Positions 1-42,425 of a DNA stretch of 64,000 nucleotides are shown here, piece by piece. Position numbers and translations under genes: made by a program. Position 1 is the stretch's first letter. Each line of letters starts with the position of its first letter. The notes beneath the pieces were generated by a model. That model had not been told where the DNA came from. It did no database searches and saw only the letters and a program-made list of their open reading frames with translations. Source of the stretch: Amoebidium appalachense (Eukaryota; Protista; Ichthyosporea); contig CAVNZM010000002.1 in the NCBI GenBank assembly GCA_963693365.1, forward strand, positions 9,583,059 through 9,647,058, in the 5' to 3' direction.

Positions 1-189
1 TTGCAAGCGTGTGCATTGCCTCGATGGGCTCGGGAACGTGGGAGGCAGGGGATTTCGGCAGACTTTGCGTGTATTTGTACTTGTGTACACATATGTGTGT
101 TGATATCGATAAGATGGAATCCGATGGTGGTGGTGGCCGGCGGTGGTGGCCATGGTGGTGGTGGTGGTGGTGGTGGTGGTGGTGGTGGT

Positions 190-230
<41 letters not shown>

Positions 231-231
231 T

Positions 232-369
232 CCTTGAATGCCCCTTTTTTGTGACATTTTGCCAAAATATAAGAAAGTTGCGCCATTGAGCTCGAGATTT
301 TTCTTTTTCACCTTCGTGTGTATCTCTAAATTGTGTGAGTGTGTGTGTACAGTACTGTGTGTGTTTGTG

Positions 370-412
<43 letters not shown>

Positions 413-484
413 GGTTCCCTTAAATGCCCTTTTTTTTGTGACATCTAAGACTTGCCAAAAACCAAAAAAGTTGCGCCATTGAGA
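232..484 (+). repeat. Direct duplication of a ~60-bp unit, each copy following a poly-G tract
   Basis: cctt(g/a)aatgccccttttttgtgacat...ttgccaaaa...aaagttgcgccattgag at 232-291 and 418-484. Confidence 0.7.
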
Positions 485-961
485 ATCGTCGATTTCACTA
501 TTAAATCATGGGCCGCAACGTGTTGCATACATCTACACACACAGCGACGACAGACTCAAACCGCGAATTCCATGACGCAGGAGGACTGACTCAGCAAAGA
601 TGTTTTCTAATTTTATTCTTTATTTTTTTATGTTTATTGACTATGAATACTGCATAGCTACTTACATGGACTGTATACGTACACACCAGCCCTTTACGAA
701 TGCAGAAAATCAGGATATAATCATTTCTTCACGGTTAGGAGTTATCAACTTCTCCTGATGTGTGACGGGCAGAGAGAACCAGCTCTGAATCATGCCCTGT
801 GATTGGCTAAAGATCATGGCGTTGTGATGACGGGGTGATTGACTTGGCAGCCGCCCTGCTTTGATTCGACGAGAAGCTATTTTTACACTCTCATCCCGTA
901 TATCCCCATTGTAGATATTGGGTCGCTTTCGTGTTGAGGTAGGCCACGAATATCCGCATCT

Positions 962-1007
<46 letters not shown>

Positions 1008-1020
1008 ACAAATTATTTAT

Positions 1021-1163
1021 AGGGGGTTTCCTTTAGGTACCCAGGTCGCATCGGGTCAGACCCGAAGGGGATTTGTGCAATATCATTGGCAGAGTGTGCA
1101 TTACACTATGATCCAGCCTGACCCGAATGGGGCCAATAAACTGGCCCAAAACAAGCCCCTTTT
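1021..1163 (+). mobile_element. Short degenerate member of the TTAA (Kolobok-like) MITE family
   Basis: agggggtttcctttagg...gggtcagacccg...cctgacccg...aagcccctt shares termini and internal motifs with the longer copies. Confidence 0.55.
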
Positions 1164-1278
1164 ATTCGAATTAGTTTGTGATAACAAAGTAGCAGGCCTA
1201 GAAAGCAGCACACGGCATGAAGGAAACGGAAAGCACCAAGAGAAAAGGTAGGCCAGGGCTGAATGAAAACAGCTAAAA

Positions 1279-1586
1279 TTAAAGGCCCCTGGGGGTTTCT
1301 TTTAGACTTTCGGGCCGGGTCGGGTCAGAGGGGATTCTAGCTATATGATTGGCTTGCTGCGCATCAGCTGCGCACCATCGTTTTGCCCACAGCAAGGTAC
1401 AGATGCCCCATAATAGAACAATAAAGAAAAAGAAAAGAGAGTAAAAAGAAATAAAGAAGGAAACAATAATAAAAAAGGGTTAGAAAGAAGATTGCAGTTC
1501 ATATCATGATATATGCTGAGTAAGTGGCTTGACCCAAATGTGCTGAAAAGGGGACAATAAATCGGCCTAAAAGAAACACCCCTTAA
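1279..1586 (+). mobile_element. TTAA-flanked Kolobok-like MITE, family A (~300 bp)
   Basis: TIR gggggtttcttttag ... cctaaaagaaacacccc-TTAA. Body gggtcgggtcagagggg..ctatatgattggc..gcgcatcagctgcgcaccatcg is shared with the 8821 and 13951 copies. Confidence 0.75.
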
Positions 1587-2059
1587 AAAATGAAAGGGGA
1601 GGGTATCAGACGGCATTTTCTTCTATAGTTGCACGTGTACTTGGGAAGCCGGCAGGGAGGGAGAGCAGTATCATCGGGCACAACGGTCGACACAATGGAC
1701 CCACAACTTGGTGACCTATCACAGACTCCACGGCAGGAATATCGTACACTCATTCCAAATGACCTGAGCAACAAACACACACACACACGTGCAAAATTGT
1801 CGTCTTATATACTATATACTCTTAAGGGTATATCTCACCCTTATCTTATGCGTGTGCCATGGTGTGGGTCTGTTAAACGTTGTGGTTGAACATGCACTTG
1901 TGTGAATTGTGTGTTGTGTGTTTGTGTGTGCATGTTCGTGTTTGTCTTTGTGTGTGTGTGTGCGCGCGCGTGTGTGCGTGCGTCCGCCTGTGCATGCGTG
2001 TGCGCGCGCGCCCGCCAAACATCCAAATTGGCGTTTATATCTCACCGTTATCTCATTCA

Positions 2060-28103
<26,044 letters not shown>

Positions 28104-28204
28104 AAAAGGCTAATTGATGCAGCACCCGTGAAATCAAATGGGTTGACGATTGCTTCGCCCTGCAATGGTACAATATATACCCCCGCCCCCCCCTCCCTCC
28201 CCCC

Positions 28205-28235
<31 letters not shown>

Positions 28236-28593
28236 AAAAAAAAAAAAAAAACCCCCCAAAAAAAAAAGAAGGGAAAAAAGAAAGAAAGAAAGAAAGAAAA
28301 GCGAAGGATGACGCCACACCCAGTAGCACAGAGGGTTAAAGTTGTCTCACCCTGCCATTTGCACCCATGTATATTCCAAAAAATGATGCTAACAGAAAAC
28401 TGGCTAGATTTCTCTGAAAATATATCCTAGTATTGCTCCTAAGAAAGAAGTGTGTAACTGCACAACTGCACACTCGGGCGGGCCGGAAGTGTAATGATCT
28501 GTGCACAGACCAGAAAGTAAAAAAAAAAGCACTCGATGGACCCAAAAAGCCAAAACATTAAAAAACGGGCTATCGTTATGCAGAATGAACCGT

Positions 28594-28629
<36 letters not shown>

Positions 28630-28711
28630 GAGCAAAATACACGACATTGCTACCACTGCCCACTGGCATATAAGCTCACCCTCCGTCAGAGAGAGAGCAA
28701 GCGAAGGCCGG

Positions 28712-28752
<41 letters not shown>

Positions 28753-29385
28753 GGGAAGATGTATGCATGAGAGGGTTGGAAACATGGAGGAGACACCAAA
28801 GGACAAACTGCAAAAACGTCACAAAGATGACAAACCCAAAATCAAACAATTTAAGCGTGCAGGGAGGAGACACTTGAACAAAGCCCATCATCAGGGGGGT
28901 TCCTATGGCTCCACAAAAGCATGGATTTCGACTCTTTAACCTCTCACGTGTGGTTTCCAACCCATACTTTTTTTCAACAGCAATAAGCAAGTCAACCCGT
29001 CTTGGCCAAAGACGAGGGGGTGGGGGGGAGGGGGGGGGGGGGGGGGAGGGGGGGGGGGGGGGGAGGCAGACGGAGAGAAAGAGAGGGAGGGAGAGCGACC
29101 GAGAGTGAGAGAGAGAGAACGGGGGGGAGGGGGACGGGGGAGGGGGAGAGGGGGAGGGGGGGGGGGGGGGGGCACAAAAGAGGGGAGGAGGGGGGGGGAA
29201 GGCGACGGGCTGAGGGGGTGGGAAAGGGGAGAGAGGAGGGAGGGAGAGCGAGAGATGTGAGAACGAGGGACTGTGTGCATGTGTGTGTGTGTGTGTGTGT
29301 GTGTCCATGTGTGTGTGTGCATGTGTGTGCGCGTGTGTGTGTGCGTGTGTGCGTGTGTGTGTGTGTGTGTGCGTGCGTGTGTGTA

Positions 29386-29439
<54 letters not shown>

Positions 29440-29883
29440 GTGTCTGTGTCTGTGCGCGAGTGTGTGTGTGTGGACGTGTGTGTGTGCATCGGATGTGTGG
29501 CCACCTGCTTGTGTGTGCGTGTCCCGTCACTGCTTGAGGAATGTGCCGTTTATAATCCGACAACTATACGTAATGATGCGCACACCTGCACTGAAGACAG
29601 TTACAGGTAGTTGCAACCTCAGAGCCATGTATTTGCAAGAGATGTTTTGAAAAGGTTGTGCTCAATGGTAGGAGGAAGTAGTGGCTTGGGAATGAAGCCA
29701 GATCGTTTCAAGCACACAATAGCAGTACTTCCGGATGGTATATCACAAAGTACTTACCATACCAACCGTACGAGCAAACAAACCCTTAGAAATGTGCAAA
29801 CCTAAACATTTCAAAGGAAGTTCACTCATTCATTGCCAACACAACACCCAAAAGAGAAACCCTAACCGTGAGAAGTTACTCAC

Positions 29884-30052
29884 CTCAGTTAGAACCCCAC
29901 TGGGCGCCGCTGTTGCTGAGGCGTACAGGGGCCCCTTCCCCACCCATGTTCATAGCCACCACCGTCTTCTTTTTTGGCTCCAATTCCCAGAAACACGAAG
30001 AAAGTCGTGGTGTATTGTCGATGTCAGGGGGAAAGTACGCGAACTCAAACAG
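29884..30052 (-). other. Probable 5'-UTR exon of PAN2, containing a short uORF (MNMGGEGAPVRLSNSGAQWGSN*)
   Basis: Pyrimidine-rich ttgcag acceptor at ~30053 and a consensus AG|gtgagt donor at 29883. A downstream ttgcag acceptor at 28160 precedes the PAN2 ATG, with an in-frame stop upstream of the ATG. Confidence 0.35.
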
Positions 30053-30109
30053 CTGCAAGGGGCATATACAGACACAAATGTGTATTAGGTTTGCCCCTAG
30101 CACGCACAC

Positions 30110-30554
30110 CCTAAGAGATTCTAGTTGAAGTATGTATACACTTTATCGTACTCTCCTTGGAAACTTAAACTTTCTTCAGTAAAGGTCGAACGAACGCGTC
30201 ATTACTGAGCCGAGCAATTTGCGTAAATTTTAGGTTTAGTGTGTCTTCAGCGCGCAGATCTCTATACGGATAACCACGTTATGTTTTCTGAGCTGGCGAT
30301 AGATTCTGCTATAGATTGGAGATGATACGTGACGTCATATTGTAGCAGACTAGATGATCCCCATCCAGTCGACTCGTAGTACCGGAGTGAGAGGCCCTGA
30401 TCGACTGGTGACTCGTTTGTGTTCATTGTGATAATCCCTGTCTCCAAGTCAATCACAATAACAGCAATAACGTACTTTACCTGATCCCTACTTCTGTATG
30501 AATAGATTCTTTCCTTCCCCATCGTTTCTCAACTAGACCTACCTACGTGCAAAC
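30110..30554. promoter_or_regulatory. Likely bidirectional promoter between PAN2 and the Pro-rich gene
   Basis: Microsatellite-free interval between head-to-head genes. It contains a CRE palindrome TGACGTCA (~30330) and a reverse CCAAT (gattgg, ~30314). Confidence 0.45.
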
Positions 30555-33412
<2,858 letters not shown>

Positions 33413-33445
33413 TGTCGGTGCGGTTATCCTTTTTTGGTGGCCCAA

Positions 33446-33479
<34 letters not shown>

Positions 33480-33738
33480 CTGCGGTTGGCAGGTGGAGGT
33501 TATGTGGTAGTTATGGCTTCGAAGGAGGAGGAGGAGGGGAGGGGGGGGGGGGGGGGGGGGGGGGGGTGGGGATGCTGATAGATAAAGGTAGGATTCAATG
33601 AAGTTGGCAATGAGGCATCACTAACTCCCCCTTTCATCTGAATTCCGTTTTTTCCTTTCCCTTTTTTTTCTTGGGTCTGTTGTTCTCACCTCGTGATCAC
33701 TAGCCCTTAGTCGTGTTTGGATGGTTGTCTTTATTTGT

Positions 33739-33790
<52 letters not shown>

Positions 33791-33861
33791 CTAAGACTTC
33801 CCCATGACTTCGTTTGGTTTACTTTGTCGTTGGAAATTATTCTAATCAGACACGTACAGTC

Positions 33862-33988
33862 TAAAGGAGGTTTCTTGTAGGTTTCCGGGTCGGGTCAGAC
33901 CCGGATTGGTTTTATGCGATATGATTGGTGTGATGCGCACCTGCTTGACCCGAAAGACATACTAAATGTATAAAGCCTTGGCTGTTAA
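33862..33988 (+). mobile_element. Truncated or short copy of MITE family A
   Basis: taaaggaggtttcttgtaggtttccgggtcgggtcagacccg..atatgattggtgtgatgcgcac..cttgacccg. Confidence 0.6.
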
Positions 33989-34435
33989 GATCATTCTTCG
34001 TTTAATATATCAGATAAGCTATACCAGATATACACGGCTATTTTAATTGATAGCTATTGAATGTTGTATTGGCACTACGTTGATGCATGCTTTTGGGTGA
34101 CATACGATGTGATTACTAACGCGTACCATGTTGTGTTTGAGCCCGTTGAATCGATCATGTAATGATGTTCCCCTGTTTCGTGAGACCTGATAAATATTAT
34201 AAATCATCTTTAACGGTGCAATATTAATAGTAGGTGTCACAAGTTCAAGACAAGCTGACGTGGTGGTCTATATAGCTGTCAGGTTTTACCGACCGGAAAT
34301 TCAAATTCGTAGATATTCTGTCTGTACATGCCTTAATCCCTGTTCATATATATTGGCGGTTGCCTGGCGCAACTTGGATCATCAGTCTACAAAATTCTCA
34401 GCTAAATGGTTGGTACGCGTTTCTTTAGCTGCCCA

Positions 34436-34471
<36 letters not shown>

Positions 34472-34689
34472 CCACACACACAGTGCGTGCGCATGCTAGC
34501 TAGCGCTGGCGCCGGATCTTCACACGCAGCACATATATTACGCAGCTGAAGTTTAGCGTATGCGCATGTGTACACTACATACACACACACACTGCACACA
34601 ATTTTAAACGTGGAGCACTGACACGCACATATCCCGGCTTTAGTTAGCACACACGTACGTGTACACGTGCAGAAACACACAGACATTCA

Positions 34690-35012
34690 ATCAATATATT
34701 AGGTTCCGGGCACCGCTGTGCGGAACGGCATATAAAATAACCGATCAGAATTGGTTGAAAGCACACACACACACACACACACACACGATTGCACCTTTAG
34801 CGAACCCGAACTAGGGTGTGGTCGGTGCTGTGTGGAAGACGGTATTTCCTATGAGGACCCGGATAAAACAGAATAAACACACACACACACACACCACACA
34901 CACACGATTGCACCTTTAGCGAACCCGAACTAGGTTGTAGTCGGTGCTATGTGGAAGACGGTATTTCCTATGAGGACCCGGATAAAACAGAATAAACACA
35001 CACACACACATA
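34690..35012 (+). repeat. Tandem ~120-bp units ending in AATAAA-(CA)n, resembling a retroelement 3' end
   Basis: gattgcacctttagcgaacccgaactagg..gtcggtgct.tgtggaagacggtatttcctatgaggacccggataaaacagaataaa(ca)n at 34787 and 34906, with a more diverged unit at ~34700-34786. Confidence 0.75.
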
Positions 35013-35522
35013 CCACCTGAGAGCATCAACCATTTTCTTCATCGTGTACTTTCTATTTATACGGGCCAGCCGCATTCAAATATAGCATGCATTGCTGTCA
35101 ATATATTATCAATGTATTCTGCACAGAAGCAGTGATGGTCGTATCAATATCAACATATATGTATATGTACCACACTAAGTCAAATCGTACCATATTTTGC
35201 CATGTTCGCGGCAGCAGAAAAAGAACTAACCAATCCATGCTTAGAACCGTACAACAGCCTCTTGTATGGATCATTGCCAGTCCCAGAATCATTGTACAAC
35301 TAATAATTAAATCTCCTTTTTGAAAAACTGATAAAAAGAAAAACAACCTGTCCCCCCGCTTGCATCCGAAAAAACTCCTCGCCCCCCACCCCACCCCCCT
35401 CCCCACCCACACGCACACATGCACACACACACACAACCCACACCACCATTAAATATATATAAAAAAACATTCGTGAGAAAAATAACATTAGCATAATACA
35501 CACCACACAAAAAACATGGCAT

Positions 35523-37689
35523 CTACCAGAACCAGTGGGGGAGATGCACCCACTTTGGCATCCCAAACGTCAACATGTCAAACAGCGAAAACTCCTGCGG
35601 CCCGCAACTCGCGTCCATGTGAGGCCTAGGGAACACGTTCGTCAATGAGACCCCTATCGCGTCCTTGCACTTCAGCGGCTTCACCTTCTCCTCGCCAAAC
35701 AAAAACACATTCTCCAACACAATCCCATCAATGGGCGCCTCCGCCAACCCGTCAATCGATCCGAGCTGTCTCCTCACGCTCGTCGCAAACACATTCCTGA
35801 TTGTAATGTTCCTGAAATTCGGCGTGGGCTTTACCGACGGGTCCACCTCGCGGTAGTTCAGCGTCGCCTGAATACCAATCTTGACGTTGTGAATACGAAT
35901 GTTCTCATAAAGAATATTCTCAACAAACCCCCCCCGTCCCCGCTGGCTCTTGAGCCGAACCCCCTGCGACGATTTCGTGTTCCTACCGTCGATGGTGATG
36001 TTCGAGAACACCACATTCCTCACGCCGGCGTTCATCTCCGACCCTATCGTCAACCCGTGGCTACCTATGCAAGTCACGTTATGCACAAGAATATTCTGCG
36101 AGGGTATTCCGCAACTGGGCCTCGGGCCAGACTTAATCGCGATGCAATCGTCGCCCGTTACGAGAATAGAATCGCGAATAATCACCCCGTCGCAACCATA
36201 GGGGTTAATGCCGTCCGTGTTGTGACTCTGCACGTAGTCGTTCAATATCAACACGTTTTCAATGGTGACATTCTTGCAGAATTTAGGCACCACGTTCCAT
36301 GAAGGAGAGTTCTGGAAGGTCACCCCCTGCACATGAACGTTCGTGCAGTTGACCATGAGCAAAAGATACCCACGCCGCCCAACCATTTTCGACTCCGTCA
36401 TGGCCCACCATTTGTACCCCTGCCCGTCTATTATTCCCTCCCCGGTCACAGACACATTCACACACTGAAAACAGAAGATGACGGGGCCCCCGAGGTAGGG
36501 CTTGTCCCACACCCCGCCGCACATGCGCGTGACATTGTAACTGACGGTGGGCTTGGCCCAATCCTGCGTTTTGTTGCTGCTAATGAGAGTGGACCCGGCT
36601 TCGAGATGTAGTCTTACGTTGCTTGCCAGGGTTATCGTTGTAACTAGATAGCTCCCAGGTGGAACATTGATTCTCCCTCCGCCCACGGCAGATACCGCTG
36701 CAACCGCCTGCCTAAAAGCTTCCGTGTCGTAGGCCCGACCGTTACCCTTGGCCCCGAAATCCCTCACTGACACGGTGTATACTGTAAGGAGGAGAAGGTT
36801 GTGTCAGTTAGTGGAACACAATGTGTGCAAGTATTCTGGTAAAACGACTTGGTACAGCAGCAGAATAAATCCAGTTTAGCAAGTTTGCTGAATCATTTTG
36901 CTTTCTGCAGAGCATTTCTACTTTTTGCAGAATAATTCTATTTCTTGCAGTTATTCTGCCCCGACTTGGTATAGCAGCACGAAGCCACGCAGACGAGAGG
37001 GTGTATACTTAACCAGCTACACCAATGCACTATAAAATACAGGCGCACAACGTGTCCTCTCGAGCAGTTGTCAACAATATTATTTGAACGCAGGAATGAT
37101 TGTTCCATAACCGCATATGAAGACGTATTTCAATTCGTGCAGCCAGATAAGCTTTAGAAAATACAAAAAGTGCTGTGGGCAAAATTCTTGCTGAAAAAAA
37201 CAAAAGAGCAAAGAAACACGGTGGTTGTGGCTGGATTGGTTTTCTCGCTAGCAGAAATTGGTCCCTCTAAATTGCTAACTGGGATGACACGTAGCACAAA
37301 TAATAGTTATAAAAAAAAAAGGGGGGGCAGTATACAAAAGCAAAAAAGTTAGGATTATGTTTCGAAACGTAAAGCAAGAGTAGCAGGGAGAGTTTAGGAA
37401 CAAACAGCGAGGCGCAGTGCCAAAGAACTTATCCACAAGCAAGCTAGAACAAGAGCCCAGCATAACATACCATACTGTATACATCAATAGTGGAAAAAAG
37501 AGTGTTATAAGAACCTAACAGAAATAAACGTGAGAGGCTCTTACCTGTTGCTGGACTGGCTGGACTCAGGGACTCTCCTGCTTGGTCGTTGGGCAGTGCA
37601 GCCTCAAGCCGCAGTGCACAGACACACACAGAGTATGACTGTAACAGGCTGAGAAGCAGCACGCCCACATACCCCCACCGCGGAAACAT
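35523..37689 (-). CDS. Secreted glycoside hydrolase family 28 (polygalacturonase/pectinase), 2 exons (37689-37545, 36781-35523)
   Basis: Exon 1 MFPRWGYVGVLLLSLLQSYSVCVCA resembles a signal peptide and ends at donor G|gtaaga. Acceptor ctccttacag is phase-matched. Exon 2 carries SVRDFGAKGNG and the GH28 catalytic motifs NTDG, GDD, SHG and RLK. Confidence 0.92.
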
Positions 37690-39451
37690 GCTTTTATATG
37701 AGTTGTGAAGTGAAAAGCTACAATACCAAAGGCGAGAAAAGAAAAAAAAGTACTTGTCTCCAGTGGGGTTATTGCTGCTGTTGAACATGCATGTTCGTGT
37801 TGTCCAGAGGTCGCTCTTGTGTGATTATATAGGAACAGTACCGGGTATGTGTATATATTACGGGGACACACAAAAGTGTAAGTCTTTCTGACGGTCAGGT
37901 TTTGTGTGCAACTGCTCCTAAAAACTCTTCAAGTTGTATAAGAAACACTCAAATGTGTTGACCCGAAAGTTCGCATAAATGCACTGCACAAAACCCGGCT
38001 ACAATCTGCACTGAGCTGCAAAACGTGAATCATTTAGTCCGACTGTCCGAGCTGACTAAAAAAAAAAAAATGATGGGGGTGGTGACGGCATATGGTGTCC
38101 TGGCGTCAATGATTTGATTGGTGATTGTGCAGATTTACTCAGGGGGGTGTGTGGACAAGGTAACCTAAAAACTCTCTTGATTGGGTTAAAACCATGCAGT
38201 GAACGATCCGCATACCTGTTGGGATCCCCGTGGGCAAGATGATCAAAAACCATTGTAGAAAGACATATTTATAAGAGCAGTAGGCACTTTAATAGCACCC
38301 AAAAAGCTAAAACCAATGGTTTGACATGTCTTATGTACTCAAGATAAAGCGGTTAGGTAATATGAGTTTTTTTTCCCTGTTAAAGATGGTTTTTTTTTAG
38401 TACGTGTCGCTGGCTAAAGATCATGCTCGGCTCTGCCTTTTCTCATCTGCTAAGGAATTTCGCCTGGTCACGCCTCACGAGTCACGACTCACGATCTCCA
38501 TGCGGGTGGTCACTTTGTGTATGAGGACATTGGTTCGCTTATTCAATCTAATAATAGCCATCTCTTCAATGTACCAACTATAAAAAATCAAATCATGAGG
38601 TGAAAGTGTGAAAAACGCCGGTACGGCCATTTTTTTATTCTGGCATGTGCCGTGGCTGCAACCACATGCCGACTATTTCATTGGATTCACGGATGATATC
38701 GTAAACCAATCCCTATTCTTTTCCCTCACCGCTTTAAGATGATTGGATATCCGGATATTTACATCTACCACATTTGGAACAACAAAGTGTCGCTGTTGAA
38801 GTTGATTGGTGATCAAGGAGGTTTTGTGACTCCCCCAAGCTTTTGTCTTTCAGTGGTGCACAAGCCGCAAATTCATGCATTTTGCAAAGGTAAACCCGTC
38901 CCCTGCGGTCGCCGGTTGCACACATGCTTTGTTTGCACAACAGAAGTGCATAGAACTATTGCTATAACTGAAATAAAAATAAGCTCATTAAACAATTTTT
39001 ATTTACTCTACACGAATACTTTCCGGATGTATGCATGAGTGTGAATTGTTTCATGAATTGTTATGATTTCTGAAAATAAAAATCCGACCTCATGTTCAAT
39101 CCGCTCTGCTCTGGCAAGACCATTACGTAACCGCCCAGCATCATGCAGACAACAGACAACAGACAACAGAACGTTCGAAGATCTGTCAGACTGTGAGTTG
39201 AACTGTCAAACCGGGAAAGAAAGGCCCGGCTAGGGCAGTAGGGAGGGCCCGGGAACAGGGAGGAACAGGGAGGTTTCATTCCTCGTAGCCTTCACACATA
39301 CTAATGCATGTTATTTCAAGGGCTCAGGAACACTGTGACTTCAAAAAAAAAATTGAAAAAAAAAAAAATGGAGCAAACTGAAAACGGTGCAACACAACCC
39401 ATGCAACCTCTGCAACCTCCGGGTCGCGCAAAAGAGCAGGCCGTGTGTGTG

Positions 39452-39505
<54 letters not shown>

Positions 39506-39743
39506 GTGTATGCGTGTGCGTGTGCGTGCCTGCCTGCCTGCCTGCCTGCGTGCGTGCGTGCGTGTGAGCGTGTGTATGTGTGTGTGCGTGTGTGTGTTGT
39601 GTGTGTGTCTTGTGTGTGTGTGCGTCTCTGTGTGTGTGTCTTGTGTGTGTGTGCGTCTGTGCGTGTGCGTGTGCGTGTGCGTGTGCATGCGTATACGTGT
39701 GTGTGTGTGCCATCAGTGCTGGATTTAGTGTGTGTGTGCGTGC

Positions 39744-39786
<43 letters not shown>

Positions 39787-40919
39787 CAGCTCGGTTTGCA
39801 TACATATGTGTCCGTCTTCGTGATTTGGCGCTGGCTCGGTATGCCTTGCAAGTGCTTATAGTAGATTATAGTAACTATTGTGCACGTACTACGTGTATGC
39901 ATGCTTGCAAGCCCGGTGTGTGTGTGTCTTTATCTAACTTATTGGTGGCTAGGCGTTGGGCGTGTGCGTGCCTGTGCCTGTGCATGCGTGTGTGTGTGTG
40001 TGTCTGTGTGTGTGTGTGGCTTTGACCCATTTTCACAGTGGCCCGTGGGCATCTGCAACTCTGTCCCAAGGGTTCTGCTCGTAGGTGTGTCTGTCCGAGT
40101 GACTTAAAAATAGTCGATGGCACAAAACATCCTTTCAGACCTTTTTTACAAAGCTGTTACAGCATCATGATCTTTTGTTTTTCAAGTGCTACAAAGATAG
40201 TATTTTTGCTGCATGTCCTGTCGGCTCTGGTGTGGTGTGTGACGGGATTTAATAAGGGGGGAGCAGGCCCGGGAGGGGGGGGGGGGGGGGGGGGGGGGAG
40301 GGGGATCCACTGTGGTATGCCGTCCAACAGGACATATGGATCTCGGGTACCTGTGACCATTTCTTTCGTGTGACAATAGACTCTGGGCACGGAAGTTTTT
40401 TTTTTTAAAAAAAAAAAAAAATGTGCAACCATCCATGATATCTACAAATAACAGAGATTACGGCTAAACAGTAAGGGGAAAGATGAAGAACCACTGAAGA
40501 AATGGCTGTGTGTACACGTGTGTGTGTGTGGGGGGGGGGGGGGTACCACGGTGTCTTCGTGTATGTGCGCGCGTGTGCATGTGTATGTATGTATCAAAGC
40601 TGAAGGGGGGGGGGGGGGGGGGGGGGCAACGTCTCGTATGTCACGGAAACGGATGGCTTGAGCCTTATTTAAGGCCAAATGGTAAGAGTTTTGCTGTCGG
40701 ACTTAAAAATTGTTGGACACTGCAACATCAATCAAGTGTCTCAGCCCACCTTTTTGTGTGTGTGTGTGGATGTGTGCGTTGGGAGGGGGTGTTTTTTTTT
40801 GGGGGGGGGGGGGGTTAGAATTCCTCACTCCCGTTTTAAACGACCACAACGTGTACACACGTGCACCATCACCGGTGGTGAGCTTTTTTATTCGAAGAGG
40901 GGGCGGGTAAAGGGAAGGA

Positions 40920-40950
<31 letters not shown>

Positions 40951-41104
40951 TCTTGAAAGAAAGGGAAAAAAGAAAAGAAAAAAATAAGAAGAAAAAGAAA
41001 AAGAAGAAGGATAGAGTCAGTGTTGCTGACGTGAATGCCCCTTGTTGTTGTTTTGTTGTCGAGAAAAGAACCGGGTCATGAAGAGGGCACATGTTGGGTG
41101 GTCA

Positions 41105-41143
<39 letters not shown>

Positions 41144-42354
41144 GAATAATGTGAACCCTACAATGTAAACGTGCATATGAATGGATGTGTTTCAGTTGCT
41201 TTGGAAGGACAGGTACGCTAGATGGATAAGTTCATAAAACAGTATTTTTCTGAAGGGGGTTTTATTTTTTTGAGAACGGATCTGTTACTTCACCATGTGC
41301 AATATTGCTATTCCATGCAAGTAGACGCCTTCTATTCTTTTTCTTTTTCTTTTTCTTTTTCTTTTTTTTTTGTTTTGGGGGGTGGGGGGGGGGGGGGGGG
41401 GGGGGGGAGCTGGAGAGGGGGAGGATGGGTGGGATGCCAAATCATTCGACTTGGACGGATGGGCGGTGGCATGGATTTTTTTCTTTTTTTTTTTTGATAT
41501 TGTAAGTGGGTCAAGGAGAGCCCAGAGAGAGGGGGGAGGGGGGAAGGAGGTGTGCGTGTAGAGGGGGGGGGGGGGGGGGGGGGGGGGCAAGGGAAGAAGG
41601 GGGAGGGGGGGGGGGGGGGGGGGGAAAGAGAGAGAGGGAGGGGGGGGGGGGGGGGGGGGTATTTCTGGTGTCCCCGGGGTTGGTATGAAAGGTGCATGAA
41701 CAGTCGTGAACGTATAAAGCCTTTGACTGTTCACAGGTGCTGCATAGGTTTTTGGGGCTGTGGTGTTAGTGTTTTATTAAGTTCGGGCTATTAAAGATAA
41801 ACTTTCTAAATTAACCAAGATACTTAAGTTTCGTCCCCCCTTTTTTTTTTTGTGGGGGGGGGGGGGGGGGGGGGGGGGAGAAGGAGGGGAAGAGGTTGAT
41901 ATTGTGTGGCCCGGAGGTAGGATCGAGAAATGGGGGGAGGAGAGGCCGGCGCCCTGGAGGGGAGGGGGAGGGGGGGGGGGGGGGGGGGAGGGGAGGGGAG
42001 GAGGGGGGGGGAGGGGAGGAGGAGGGGGGGGGGGGGGGTATGGGGTTTGGGGGGGGGGGGGGGGGGGGGAGGACAGTATTGGATTATGGATGTAACTCTG
42101 ACGGATGTGTGGATTATGGATGTAACTCTGACGGATGCATCAGCGTGAGAATGTGTGGCCACCGGGGTCGTGAGAATTTAGAAGGAGATTGATTAAGGAG
42201 GGAGGAGAAGGAGTGGTTGGAAATGGGGGGGTGGGATGAGTGGGGGTTGGTGGAGTTGGTAGTGATGGTGGTTTTGGTGGTGGTGATTGTGTGTGGGTGG
42301 GGGGGAGGGGGGGGGGAGGGGTGGGGCGGGGGGAGTGTCTATGTGCGTGTGTGC

Positions 42355-42425
<71 letters not shown>

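Noticed and set aside
39368-39442. Short ORF MEQTENGATQPMQPLQPPGRAKEQA followed by gtgtgt
   Set aside because: No recognisable homology and no downstream exons could be linked.
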